Assembly: GCA_049418605.1 (NCBI GenBank)
Contig: JBMSJE010000003.1
Span: forward strand, 2,590 to 66,589
Direction of reading: 5' to 3'
Length of the DNA stretch: 64,000 nt
DNA from: Sediminibacterium sp.
GTDB taxonomy: Bacteria; Bacteroidota; Bacteroidia; Chitinophagales; Chitinophagaceae
This document shows positions 1 through 9,747 of this stretch, in pieces. Position 1 is the first letter of the stretch, and every line of letters starts with the position of its first letter. Made by a program: the position numbers and the translations under genes. The notes below the pieces were generated by a model that was not told the DNA's origin, searched no databases, and saw only the letters and a program-made list of their open reading frames with translations.

Positions 1-3000
1 GATCGTGTAATTATGGCATCCGAAACGGGTGTACTTCCCATTGACCCTTCAACAGTTATAGAAAAAGGCCGACTACAACCTGGAAAAATGTTTATAGTAG
101 ATATGGAACAAGGTCGCATCATTAGTGATGACGAGTTAAAACAAAAAATTTGTAGTCAGCAACCCTATGGCGATTGGCTCAACCAGTATAAAATTAAATT
201 AGAAGAACTACCTGAGCCTCGCGTTATGTTTACGCACCTCGAGCCCGATCAGGTATTCAAATACCAAAAGGTTTTTGGATATTCTACCGAAGATTTAAAT
301 ACCATTATTGCACCAATGGCACTGGATGGTAAAGAACCTATTGGTTCCATGGGTACCGATACACCACTTGCAGTTTTGAGTGATCAACCACAACATTTAA
401 GTAGTTATTTTAAACAATTATTTGCGCAAGTAACCAACCCACCAATCGATCCCATTAGAGAACGCATGGTTATGTCACTTGCCTCATTTGCTGGCAGTAA
501 TGCCAATATATTATCGGAAGATCCACTAGCCTGTCACTGCGTTGCGTTAAAGCATCCGATTTTAACCAACCATAATTTGGAAAAAATTAGAAGTATTGAC
601 ACCGGTATATTCCAAGCTAAAACATTACAAACTTATTTTAGAGCAGACAATAAACCTGGCTCTTTAAAAGCAGGACTAGACAGGCTTTGCCGTTACGCCG
701 TAGACGCCGTTGAAGATGGTTTTGAAGTTATTATTTTAACAGATAGAGCGATCGATTCGGATCATGCACCCATTCCTTCATTACTAGCTACAGCTGCCGT
801 TCACCACCACCTAATTAGAAAAGGCTACCGTGGACAAGTGGGTATCATTGTTGAAGCGGGTGACATTTGGGAGGTACATCATTTTGCATGTCTTGTTGCC
901 TTTGGTGCCACAGCCATCAACCCATATCTAGCACTTTCTAGTATTAGAGACATGAAAATTTCCGGGAAACTAGATACCACACTAGAAATTGACAAGCTCA
1001 AAAAAAACTTCATAAAAGCGGTTAATGATGGACTTTTAAAAGTCTTTTCAAAAATGGGCATCTCTACTTTACAATCTTATCAAGGCGCACAAATATTTGA
1101 AATTATTGGACTCAATAAAAAAGTAGTAGATCATTATTTTACAGGCGCTACGTCACGTATTGAGGGTATGGGACTCGACGAAATAGCAAAAGAAATAATG
1201 GCCAAACATTATTTTGCATTTCCTAAAAAACAAATTTCTGTTAACCGTTTAACTGTGGGTGGTGTATACCAATGGAAACGTAAAGGTGAATTTCATTTGT
1301 TTAATCCGCAAACCATTCACTTATTACAACATGCTACAAAGTCTAACGATTTTGAAGTATATAAAAAATACGCAAAGCTCATTAACGATCAATCCGAAAA
1401 AGCAGCAACACTTAGGAGCCAATTTAAATTTAAAAAAACTAGACCTAGTATTTCTATTGATGAAGTAGAACCTGCTACAAATATTTACAAACGTTTTGCA
1501 ACAGGTGCCATGTCATTTGGTTCTATATCTTGGGAAGCCCATACTACCCTTGCCATAGCCATGAACCGTTTAGGTGGCAAAAGTAACACCGGTGAAGGTG
1601 GAGAAGACGAACAGCGTTATACGCCACTCGCAAATGGCGATTCGATGCGCTCATCTATTAAGCAGGTTGCTAGTGCAAGATTTGGCGTAGATAGTTATTA
1701 TTTAACCGAAGCCGACGAATTACAAATTAAAATGGCACAGGGTGCCAAGCCTGGCGAAGGTGGTCAACTACCAGGTCATAAAGTAGATGATTGGATTGGT
1801 AAAACAAGAAATGCAACACCTGGTGTTGGATTAATTTCACCGCCACCCCACCACGATATATATTCTATCGAAGATTTATCTCAATTAATATTCGATTTAA
1901 AAAATGCAAACCGAGCAGCCCGCATCAATGTAAAGCTGGTATCAAAAGCAGGTGTGGGAACCATTGCAGCAGGAGTGGCAAAAGCAAAGGCCGACGTTGT
2001 ACTTATAGCAGGTCATGACGGTGGTACGGGCGCCTCTCCTATTAGTTCTATCAAACATACAGGACTTCCTTGGGAGCTAGGCCTCGCCGAAACACATCAA
2101 ACACTGGTTAAAAATAAATTACGATCTAGAATTACGGTACAGGCAGATGGTCAAATGAAAACGGGTAGAGATATTGCTATTGCTACACTACTTGGTGCCG
2201 AAGAATGGGGCGTTGCCACAGCTGCACTAATTGTAGAAGGTTGTATTATGATGCGCAAATGCCATGTAAACACCTGTCCTGTTGGCGTTGCTACACAGGA
2301 TCCTGAATTACGCAAACGTTTTACCGGAGATCCTGATCATGTGGTTAACTTTTTTACATTTATCACGCAAGAGCTCCGAGAAATTATGGCGGAGCTAGGC
2401 TTTAAAACCATTGATGAAATGGTAGGCCAAGTAGATGCACTTGAAATGCGAGACGATATTACACATTGGAAGTATAGTAAACTAGATTTATCGAGTATTT
2501 TATATAAAGAACCCGCAGATGCTTCTACTGGATTGTACAAACAAGAAGCACAGGATCATGAACTTTCAAATGTGTTGGATTGGAAATTATTAGAAGCCGC
2601 AAAAGAAGCCATTGCAAATGGTACAAAAGTAAAAGCTGCGTTTCCAATCACTAATATTGATAGAACTACGGGGACTATTTTATCCAACGAAATCACTAAA
2701 AAATATAAAGCGGCTGGACTCCCTGATGGAACCATTCATTTTTCATTTACAGGAACAGCAGGCCAAAGCTTTGGTGCCTTTAACACAAAAGGTGTTACCC
2801 TAGAAATTGAAGGTGATGCCAATGATTATTTTGGCAAAGGACTTAGCGGTGCAAACCTCATTATTTATCCAAGTAAGCAGGCAACATTTGTTGCAGAGCA
2901 TAATAGTATTATTGGAAACGTTGCACTTTATGGCGCTACATCTGGTACGGCTTTTATTAGAGGTAAAGCTGGTGAACGTTTTGCTGTAAGAAATTCTGGT

Positions 3001-3375
3001 GCACAAGTAGTTGTTGAAGGCGTAGGCGATCATGGATGCGAATACATGACTGGTGGAACGGCCATTATACTTGGAGAAACTGGCCGAAACTTTGCTGCTG
3101 GCATGAGCGGTGGCATTGCTTATATCTATGATACGGCTGGTAGTTTTGCAGATAAATGCAATACAGAAATGGTGGATCTAGATCCATTAAATGAAGCGGA
3201 TAAAAAATACTTACACAGGATGATTGGACAGCACGCTTCTTTAACAGAAAGTAAAGTGGCAGGTTTTATTATGTCTGATTTTGACAACCAACTAGCACAT
3301 TTTGTAAAAGTATTCCCAAGAGATTATAAAGCAGTGCTGTTACAAAAAGAAAAAAACAATCAAAAAGCGATTTAA
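1..3375 (+). CDS. gltB: glutamate synthase large subunit, 5'-truncated by the window edge
   Basis: Frame 1 is open from base 1, so the ATG at 13 is internal. The translation carries GltB hallmark stretches (KMAQGAKPGEGGQLPGHKV, SPPPHHDIYSIEDL, CIMMRKCHVNTCPVGVATQ, C-terminal GXGXG-type domain). gltD follows 11 nt downstream. Confidence 0.95.
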   Translation, partial: DRVIMASETGVLPIDPSTVIEKGRLQPGKMFIVDMEQGRIISDDELKQKICSQQPYGDWLNQYKIKLEELPEPRVMFTHLEPDQVFKYQKVFGYSTEDLNTIIAPMALDGKEPIGSMGTDTPLAVLSDQPQHLSSYFKQLFAQVTNPPIDPIRERMVMSLASFAGSNANILSEDPLACHCVALKHPILTNHNLEKIRSIDTGIFQAKTLQTYFRADNKPGSLKAGLDRLCRYAVDAVEDGFEVIILTDRAIDSDHAPIPSLLATAAVHHHLIRKGYRGQVGIIVEAGDIWEVHHFACLVAFGATAINPYLALSSIRDMKISGKLDTTLEIDKLKKNFIKAVNDGLLKVFSKMGISTLQSYQGAQIFEIIGLNKKVVDHYFTGATSRIEGMGLDEIAKEIMAKHYFAFPKKQISVNRLTVGGVYQWKRKGEFHLFNPQTIHLLQHATKSNDFEVYKKYAKLINDQSEKAATLRSQFKFKKTRPSISIDEVEPATNIYKRFATGAMSFGSISWEAHTTLAIAMNRLGGKSNTGEGGEDEQRYTPLANGDSMRSSIKQVASARFGVDSYYLTEADELQIKMAQGAKPGEGGQLPGHKVDDWIGKTRNATPGVGLISPPPHHDIYSIEDLSQLIFDLKNANRAARINVKLVSKAGVGTIAAGVAKAKADVVLIAGHDGGTGASPISSIKHTGLPWELGLAETHQTLVKNKLRSRITVQADGQMKTGRDIAIATLLGAEEWGVATAALIVEGCIMMRKCHVNTCPVGVATQDPELRKRFTGDPDHVVNFFTFITQELREIMAELGFKTIDEMVGQVDALEMRDDITHWKYSKLDLSSILYKEPADASTGLYKQEAQDHELSNVLDWKLLEAAKEAIANGTKVKAAFPITNIDRTTGTILSNEITKKYKAAGLPDGTIHFSFTGTAGQSFGAFNTKGVTLEIEGDANDYFGKGLSGANLIIYPSKQATFVAEHNSIIGNVALYGATSGTAFIRGKAGERFAVRNSGAQVVVEGVGDHGCEYMTGGTAIILGETGRNFAAGMSGGIAYIYDTAGSFADKCNTEMVDLDPLNEADKKYLHRMIGQHASLTESKVAGFIMSDFDNQLAHFVKVFPRDYKAVLLQKEKNNQKAI

Positions 3376-3386
3376 ATTTTTTATAG

Positions 3387-4856
3387 ATGGGTAAGCCTAC
3401 CGGATTTATTGAATTTACAAGAGAGTTGCCAACTAAAAGGGCGCCACAAGAAAGAATTAAAGACTACAATGAATTTGTAGAAAAATATTCCGATCAAAAA
3501 TTAAAAGAGCAATCGGGAAGATGCATGAACTGTGGTGTTCCCTTTTGTCACAACGGATGTCCACTTGGCAATATCATTCCTGAATTTAATGACGCTGTAT
3601 ACAATAGCAATTGGGAAGAAGCTTACGAATTATTAAGTGTAACTAATAATTTCCCAGAGTTTACAGGACGCATTTGTCCTGCACCTTGTGAGAGTGCATG
3701 TGTACTTGGCATCAATCAACCAGCTATTGCTATCGAAGAAATTGAAAAGCATATTATTGAAATAGCGTTTGAAAAAGGATTTGTTACACCCAAAAATCCA
3801 AACATTAGAACGGGTAAAAAAATTGCTGTTATTGGCTCAGGTCCCGCTGGACTTGCAACGGCAGCTCAATTAAATTATGCGGGACACCATGTTACTGTAT
3901 TTGAAAGAGATGATGCACCGGGTGGATTACTTCGTTATGGTATCCCAGATTTTAAATTAGAAAAATGGGTGATTGATAGACGCATAAAATTATTAGAAGA
4001 GGAAGGTGTGGTATTTAAATGCAATACCCATGTTGGTATTACCGTAAAAATGGATGAAATAATTAGTGCGCACCATGCTGTCATTATTGCAGCAGGTTCT
4101 ACTATCCCAAGAGATTTAGATATTCCGGGCAGAGCATTAGAAGGCGTTTATTTTGCGATGGATTTTTTAAAGCAACAAAACAAAAGAGTAAGCAATAAAG
4201 AAGTGGAAGGAGATGCCATACTTGCAACTGGAGAAGACGTTGTTGTTATTGGCGGTGGTGATACAGGAAGTGATTGTGTAGGCACATCTAATAGACAAGG
4301 CGCAACATCGGTTACCCAATTAGAACTCATGCCAAAACCACCAGCTTCCAGAAATGACCTAATGCCCTGGCCTACCTATCCTATGACTTTAAAAACTTCT
4401 AGTTCACATGAAGAGGGTGCTAACAGAGAATGGGCCGTGCTTACTAAACGATTTGTTGGTGAAGCCGGAAAGCTCACTGGTATTGAACTCGTAAACATTA
4501 CATGGAAAGCGGCCACAATTGATAAGCCCGCAAGGTTTGAAGAGATAGAGGGTACCTCGCGAATTATACCTTGCCAAAAAGCATTTTTAGCGATGGGCTT
4601 TTTGCATCCACAACACAAAGGGTTTATTGATGAAATGGGTGTAGAACTCGATGCTAGAGGCAATGTTGGGGCCAATGAAACAGACTATGCAACAAGCGTT
4701 AATAAGGTCTTTGCAGCAGGAGATGCTAGAAGAGGTCAATCCTTAGTGGTATGGGCTATTAGTGAAGGTCGGGAGTGCGCTAGAAAGGTGGATGAGTATT
4801 TAATGGGGTATTCTTCCTTAGAATCTAAGGACAAAAGTTACTTAATTAATATATAA
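3387..4856 (+). CDS. gltD: glutamate synthase small subunit (NADPH)
   Basis: 489 aa. N-terminal Cys clusters (CMNCGVPFC, CPAPCESAC) and FAD/NAD Rossmann motifs (VIGSGPAGL, VIGGGDTGSD). Tightly follows gltB. Confidence 0.95.
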   Translation: MGKPTGFIEFTRELPTKRAPQERIKDYNEFVEKYSDQKLKEQSGRCMNCGVPFCHNGCPLGNIIPEFNDAVYNSNWEEAYELLSVTNNFPEFTGRICPAPCESACVLGINQPAIAIEEIEKHIIEIAFEKGFVTPKNPNIRTGKKIAVIGSGPAGLATAAQLNYAGHHVTVFERDDAPGGLLRYGIPDFKLEKWVIDRRIKLLEEEGVVFKCNTHVGITVKMDEIISAHHAVIIAAGSTIPRDLDIPGRALEGVYFAMDFLKQQNKRVSNKEVEGDAILATGEDVVVIGGGDTGSDCVGTSNRQGATSVTQLELMPKPPASRNDLMPWPTYPMTLKTSSSHEEGANREWAVLTKRFVGEAGKLTGIELVNITWKAATIDKPARFEEIEGTSRIIPCQKAFLAMGFLHPQHKGFIDEMGVELDARGNVGANETDYATSVNKVFAAGDARRGQSLVVWAISEGRECARKVDEYLMGYSSLESKDKSYLINI

Positions 4857-4880
4857 ATTATTTAATAATATTAATTATAA

Positions 4881-4915
4881 AAAGCCTGATTTATTAATAA
4901 ATCAGGCTTTTTTGT
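4881..4915 (+). terminator. Rho-independent terminator after gltBD
   Basis: AAAGCCTGAT (4881-4890) and ATCAGGCTTT (4901-4910) form a perfect 10-bp stem with loop TTATTAATAA, running into a T tract. Confidence 0.8.
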
Positions 4916-5063
4916 TGAATTCATTAAAATTTACGTCTCCTTTATGTTTAAATGATCAAACTTTCTATTCACATATATATTATTTATATGTTTATATAAA
5001 TTAGATTAACTTCAATTAATTTTAGATAATTTGTGCATAATTTAATATATATAGTATTTACAT

Positions 5064-6419
5064 ATGTATCAGAAAAAGCTAAACGTTTATAATGTAGCGC
5101 CATTTTTAGTATTACTAATAGTTGCTATCCTAGCTATATTTTCGCCCCCTGAATTAAGTTTCCAAGACAATGTAGGCGCCTATAATGGAGCAGACATTGC
5201 TTGGATCTTAATGGCTACTGCCCTTGTGTTTTTAATGACTCCCGGTCTAGCCTTTTTTTACGGCGGCATGGTGCATCGAAAAAATGTGATTTCAACCATG
5301 ATAAAAAGTGTGGTAGCAACAGGAGTTGTTAGCATAATTTGGGTGACCGTTGGTTATAGTTTATGTTTTGGGGATTCTTTAGGTGGCTGGATTGGAAATC
5401 CAACAACTCATTTATTTATGAAAGGGGTTATGAGTGGAAAACCATGGAGCCTTGCCCCTACTATTCCGCTTGGTTTATTTGCTCTATTTCAACTCATGTT
5501 TGCCATTATCACCCCCGGACTTGTTGTTGGTGCTGTTGCAGAAAGAGTAAAGTTTACTTCTTATATTTTATTTATTGTTTTATTCAGCCTTTTCGTGTAC
5601 GCTCCAATTGCGCATTGGACATGGCACCCAGATGGATTTTTATTTAAAATGGGTGCATTAGATTTTGCTGGTGGCACTGTCGTACATATATCGGCAGGAT
5701 GTGCTGCATTAGCAGGTGCACTTGTATTAAAACGTAGAAAAGCACACTTAGAACAAATAGAAATTCCCCCAGCAAATATCCCCTATGTATTAATTGGCAC
5801 AAGTTTATTATGGTTTGGTTGGTTTGGATTTAATGCAGGTTCTGCTCTTGGCGCAAACGCTCTTGCAGTTTCTGCATTTGCAACAACCAATACAGCCGCT
5901 GCATCAGCCGGATTATCTTGGATGTTTTTTGATGTTATGAGAGGCAAAAAACCTTCGGTTCTTGGTTTTTGTATTGGTGCCGTTGTTGGACTTGTAGCCA
6001 TAACACCATCCGCTGGATTTGTAGCAGTTCCACAAAGTATTTTTATAGGCTTTATAACAGCTATCATTTCAAATTTAGCCGTATACTATAAATCTAAATC
6101 TAAATTAGATGACACACTAGATGTATTCCCATGTCATGGTGTGGGTGGTATGGTAGGCATGTTAATGACCGGAATTTTTGCAACAAAATCAGTAAATGGC
6201 GCTGGTGCAGATGGCCTATTATATGGCAATACCGCTTTTTTTATGACGCAATTAAAAGCACTATTTATTGTTGTAGCATACAGCTTTACCATATCGCTTG
6301 GCATTTTTAAAGTAATTAGCCTCATGCTTCCTTTACGCGTAAGCCAAGAAGAAGAAGAAATAGGTTTAGACGCTACACAACACGACGAAAAATATGGCAG
6401 GAATCCCCATAAAATATAA
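5064..6419 (+). CDS. amtB: ammonium transporter
   Basis: 451 aa polytopic membrane protein with Amt-family signatures (DFAGGTVVHISAG, WFGWFGFNAGS, HGVGGMVG). Confidence 0.95.
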   Translation: MYQKKLNVYNVAPFLVLLIVAILAIFSPPELSFQDNVGAYNGADIAWILMATALVFLMTPGLAFFYGGMVHRKNVISTMIKSVVATGVVSIIWVTVGYSLCFGDSLGGWIGNPTTHLFMKGVMSGKPWSLAPTIPLGLFALFQLMFAIITPGLVVGAVAERVKFTSYILFIVLFSLFVYAPIAHWTWHPDGFLFKMGALDFAGGTVVHISAGCAALAGALVLKRRKAHLEQIEIPPANIPYVLIGTSLLWFGWFGFNAGSALGANALAVSAFATTNTAAASAGLSWMFFDVMRGKKPSVLGFCIGAVVGLVAITPSAGFVAVPQSIFIGFITAIISNLAVYYKSKSKLDDTLDVFPCHGVGGMVGMLMTGIFATKSVNGAGADGLLYGNTAFFMTQLKALFIVVAYSFTISLGIFKVISLMLPLRVSQEEEEIGLDATQHDEKYGRNPHKI

Positions 6420-7226
6420 TTGGGAAAGCAAAAATCAATGCTTATGTTAGCACCCATGAAATGGGGGATTCGAACAATCAGATACATGTATAGCGTATAC
6501 GCACTTATTACTTTTGTTTTAGTAATGCTTGTGCTGATGCCCTTTGTTTTTATATCACTCTCATTTGGCCGTGTAAAAGGGGGAAATTACATCTATCATT
6601 TGTGCAAAATATGGGCGTCGGTGTGGTATGTTTTTTTAGGTGTGAGACACCAAGAAATCCATGAAATAGAACATGAAAAAAGCCAGCAATATATTTTTAT
6701 TGCCAATCACAATTCTTACATGGACATCCCTCCCATTGTTTTAATTGCACATAGTCCACTTCGTATTTTAGGGAAATATGAATCATCAAAAATTCCATTA
6801 TTTGGTTGGATGTACAAACAAGCGGTTATACTTGTTGACAGAAGCAACCCAGAAAGAAGAGCCCAAAGTGTTCGAGAATTAAAACAAGCCATTGATGACG
6901 GCTTATCCATATTCTTATTCCCAGAAGGCACATTTAACGAATCGGAACAACCCCTTAAATCTTTTTTTGATGGCGCTTTCAGAATCGCCATTGAAACCCA
7001 AACCCCCATCAAGCCACTCTTATTTATTGATACGATTGAGCGCATGCATTTTAGCTCTGTATTTTCAATTACCCCTGGCAAAAGCAGGGTAGTATATTTA
7101 GCGGATATCCCAGTTGATGGTTTAACTATGGAGGACTTACCAGCGCTAAAAGCAAAAGCCTATCAATTAATGGAAGAAGGCCTCAAAAGATACCGCAAAT
7201 ACCCAACCGTTTTAAGCGTATTTTAG
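6420..7226 (+). CDS. lysophospholipid (1-acyl-sn-glycerol-3-phosphate) acyltransferase family protein
   Basis: HX4D motif (NHNSYMD) and FPEGT motif, with an N-terminal TM helix. The ORF-track start is a TTG abutting the amtB stop; the true start may be the ATG at 6438 or a later Met. Confidence 0.85.
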   Translation: MGKQKSMLMLAPMKWGIRTIRYMYSVYALITFVLVMLVLMPFVFISLSFGRVKGGNYIYHLCKIWASVWYVFLGVRHQEIHEIEHEKSQQYIFIANHNSYMDIPPIVLIAHSPLRILGKYESSKIPLFGWMYKQAVILVDRSNPERRAQSVRELKQAIDDGLSIFLFPEGTFNESEQPLKSFFDGAFRIAIETQTPIKPLLFIDTIERMHFSSVFSITPGKSRVVYLADIPVDGLTMEDLPALKAKAYQLMEEGLKRYRKYPTVLSVF

Positions 7227-7241
7227 CAAAAAATTGGGCCC

Positions 7242-9683
7242 TTGTTCGCAGAAATCATTATACCACTTGCTTTACCTAAAAACTACACATGGGCCATCCC
7301 TGCTAGGTTTCAGGCACTCGTGAGCCCCGGTATTAGAGTGGAAGTATTACTAGGGCGCAACAAAAAATATGCAGGTATCGTTAAAAAAATTACCCTCGAA
7401 AAGCCTGCTGCTTTTGAACCCAAAGAAATTTTACAAGTAATTGATGAAACACCCATCTTACACCCTACGCAACTTGAATTTTGGGAGTGGATGGCCTCCT
7501 ATTATATGTGTACGGAGGGTGAAGTAATGCAAGCCGCTGTACCAGCCAATTTAAAATTAACCAGCGAGAGTATTTTAATCTGGAACGAAGACCGTACACT
7601 TGATTTTTCGGATTTAAGCGATAACGAATATGTGGTAGCCGAAGCCCTCCATATTAAAAAGGAACTTAGGCTTTCGGAAGTACAACAAATAGTGGACAGT
7701 TCACACGTGTATCCGCTCATCAAAAAACTCATAGAAAAAGAAGTTTGCTTTATCTGGGAAGCATTAAAAGATAAATACAAAGCAAAAAGAGAAACCTTTA
7801 TTCGTTTATCCGATAAATATAAAAGTGAAGCTGCGCTTGAAACGCTATTAAACAACTGGACCAAAGCGCCAAAGCAAATGGAACTGCTCCTCGCATTTAT
7901 GCATTTGCAAAAGACTGCGCCAGAAGTGATTCAATCGGAGCTCTTAAAAAAATCAGGAGCGAATGCTGCACAATTAAAAGGCCTCTTAGAAAAAGGAATA
8001 TTAATAGCCGACAAAAGAGCCGTAGACCGTTTCAATTATGGAATTGACAATACCCAATTAGAAAACTCCTACACACTTTCGGAAGCACAAACAAATGCCT
8101 ACAATAACCTCGTTACTATATTTGATACAAAACCAGTTTGCTTACTACATGGTGTAACAGCTAGTGGTAAAACCCAAATTTATATTAAACTCATAGAAAC
8201 CTTTATAGCAAAGGGCCAGCAAGCACTATACATGCTGCCTGAAATTGCTTTAACGGCGCAAATGATACGCCGTTTGCAGTTTTACTTTGGTGATAAAATA
8301 GCCATTTATCATTCTAAATTTAATGCCAACGAAAGAGTAGAAATTTGGAACAAAGTAAACTCCGGACAAATAAAAATTGTGCTTGGCGCTAGATCGGCAC
8401 TATTATTACCATTTAAAAACCTAGGTTTTATTATTGCCGATGAAGAGCATGATCCTTCCTATAAACAACAAGACCCAGCACCAAGGTACCATGCAAGAGA
8501 CGCTGCCATCTATTATGCAACATTATTTAATGCCAAAGTATTACTTGGTAGCGCTACCCCATCTATCGAAAGTTATTACAACGCACTTCAACATAAATTT
8601 GGACTCGTTACATTACTAGAACGCTTTGGAGCAGCTACACTACCCACCATTGATATTATCAACGTTCAAAAATTACCTAAAAAAGGGAAAGTAGCACTCA
8701 CCGAGCCACTAATAGAAGCCATTAAAGAAACACTGGCAAAAAATAAGCAAGTGATTTTATTTCAGAATAGAAGAGGCTATGCCCCCTATATGATTTGTGA
8801 TACCTGCGGATGGATTCCACAATGTAAACAGTGCGACGTAACCCTCACCTACCACAAAGCAAAAAATACATTAACCTGTCATTACTGCGGCAGCAATTAT
8901 CCGGTTGTAAACCAGTGCGCCGCCTGTGGTAGCAATCAGTTCACCCAAAAGAATTTTGGAACCGAGCAAATACAAGAACTCTTATCTGAACAATTGCCAG
9001 ATGCGCGCATTGCCCGAATGGATCATGATAGTGTAAAAGGAAAAAATGAACACGACGCCCTCATTAAATTATTTGAACAACGCGCTATTGATATTTTAGT
9101 AGGCACTCAAATGGTGGTTAAAGGGCTAGACTTTGAACACGTTAATTTAGTAGGCATTATTGACGCCGATGGTATTTTAAGTTTCACAGATTTTAGGGTC
9201 AATGAAAAAGCGTATCAACTCATGGAACAAGTAAGTGGAAGAGCTGGCCGTAAAGATGATCAAGGTAAAGTGCTCATTCAAGTAAGCCAAGCCAATCATC
9301 CCGTGCTTCAATTTGTGCAGCAGCACAACTACCCCGCCCTATTTAATTTTGAAATTAACAACCGACAAGAATTTAACTATCCTCCGTTTTCCAGAATCAT
9401 ACTTATTACCTGCAAACACGTAGATAAAAACGTAACACAGGAGGCTGCTAATATATTAATGCGTGGACTGAGTAGTAGTTATGGAAAATATATTACAGGG
9501 CCAGCACAACCCGTTGTAGACCGCATTAGAAATCAATATCTATGGGAACTACTTTGTAAAATCCCAAAACAACAAGTAAGTATAGGAACTTTTAAAACAA
9601 GGTTACAGCAACAAATTTTGATTCTGCAAACCAATAAAAGGTACCGTTCGGTGAGCATTGTTATCAATGTAGATCCGCTTTAA
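7242..9683 (+). CDS. priA: primosomal protein N' (replication restart helicase)
   Basis: 813 aa. Walker A (GVTASGKT), DEEH box (ADEEHD), Cys-rich zinc region (CDTCGWIPQCKQCD...CHYCG...CAACGS). TTG start. Confidence 0.95.
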   Translation: MFAEIIIPLALPKNYTWAIPARFQALVSPGIRVEVLLGRNKKYAGIVKKITLEKPAAFEPKEILQVIDETPILHPTQLEFWEWMASYYMCTEGEVMQAAVPANLKLTSESILIWNEDRTLDFSDLSDNEYVVAEALHIKKELRLSEVQQIVDSSHVYPLIKKLIEKEVCFIWEALKDKYKAKRETFIRLSDKYKSEAALETLLNNWTKAPKQMELLLAFMHLQKTAPEVIQSELLKKSGANAAQLKGLLEKGILIADKRAVDRFNYGIDNTQLENSYTLSEAQTNAYNNLVTIFDTKPVCLLHGVTASGKTQIYIKLIETFIAKGQQALYMLPEIALTAQMIRRLQFYFGDKIAIYHSKFNANERVEIWNKVNSGQIKIVLGARSALLLPFKNLGFIIADEEHDPSYKQQDPAPRYHARDAAIYYATLFNAKVLLGSATPSIESYYNALQHKFGLVTLLERFGAATLPTIDIINVQKLPKKGKVALTEPLIEAIKETLAKNKQVILFQNRRGYAPYMICDTCGWIPQCKQCDVTLTYHKAKNTLTCHYCGSNYPVVNQCAACGSNQFTQKNFGTEQIQELLSEQLPDARIARMDHDSVKGKNEHDALIKLFEQRAIDILVGTQMVVKGLDFEHVNLVGIIDADGILSFTDFRVNEKAYQLMEQVSGRAGRKDDQGKVLIQVSQANHPVLQFVQQHNYPALFNFEINNRQEFNYPPFSRIILITCKHVDKNVTQEAANILMRGLSSSYGKYITGPAQPVVDRIRNQYLWELLCKIPKQQVSIGTFKTRLQQQILILQTNKRYRSVSIVINVDPL

Positions 9684-9694
9684 AAAATTTTGAC

Positions 9695-9728
9695 AAAAAA
9701 AAGAGCTGCCGTAAGGCAGCTCTTTTAA
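9695..9728. terminator. bidirectional Rho-independent terminator between convergent priA and ompA-family gene
   Basis: AAGAGCTGCC (9701-9710), loop GTAA, GGCAGCTCTT (9715-9724). Flanked by A8 upstream and a T tract downstream, so it reads as hairpin plus U-run on both strands. Confidence 0.85.
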
Positions 9729-9747
9729 TATAAAAAGTATTACTGTA

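Noticed and set aside
879-3033. Short ORFs inside gltB on the opposite strand or in other frames (879-1061, 1259-1468, 2337-2540, 2800-3033, 2807-2989).
   Set aside because: They are fully nested in a long, motif-rich gene. They have low-complexity or odd composition and no start context, so they are typical shadow ORFs.
5363-6487. Alternate-frame and antisense ORFs within amtB (5363-5647, 5783-6067, 6134-6487).
   Set aside because: They are nested in a well-supported transporter gene. The Cys/Trp-rich or Pro/Ala-rich translations are typical of off-frame reading.
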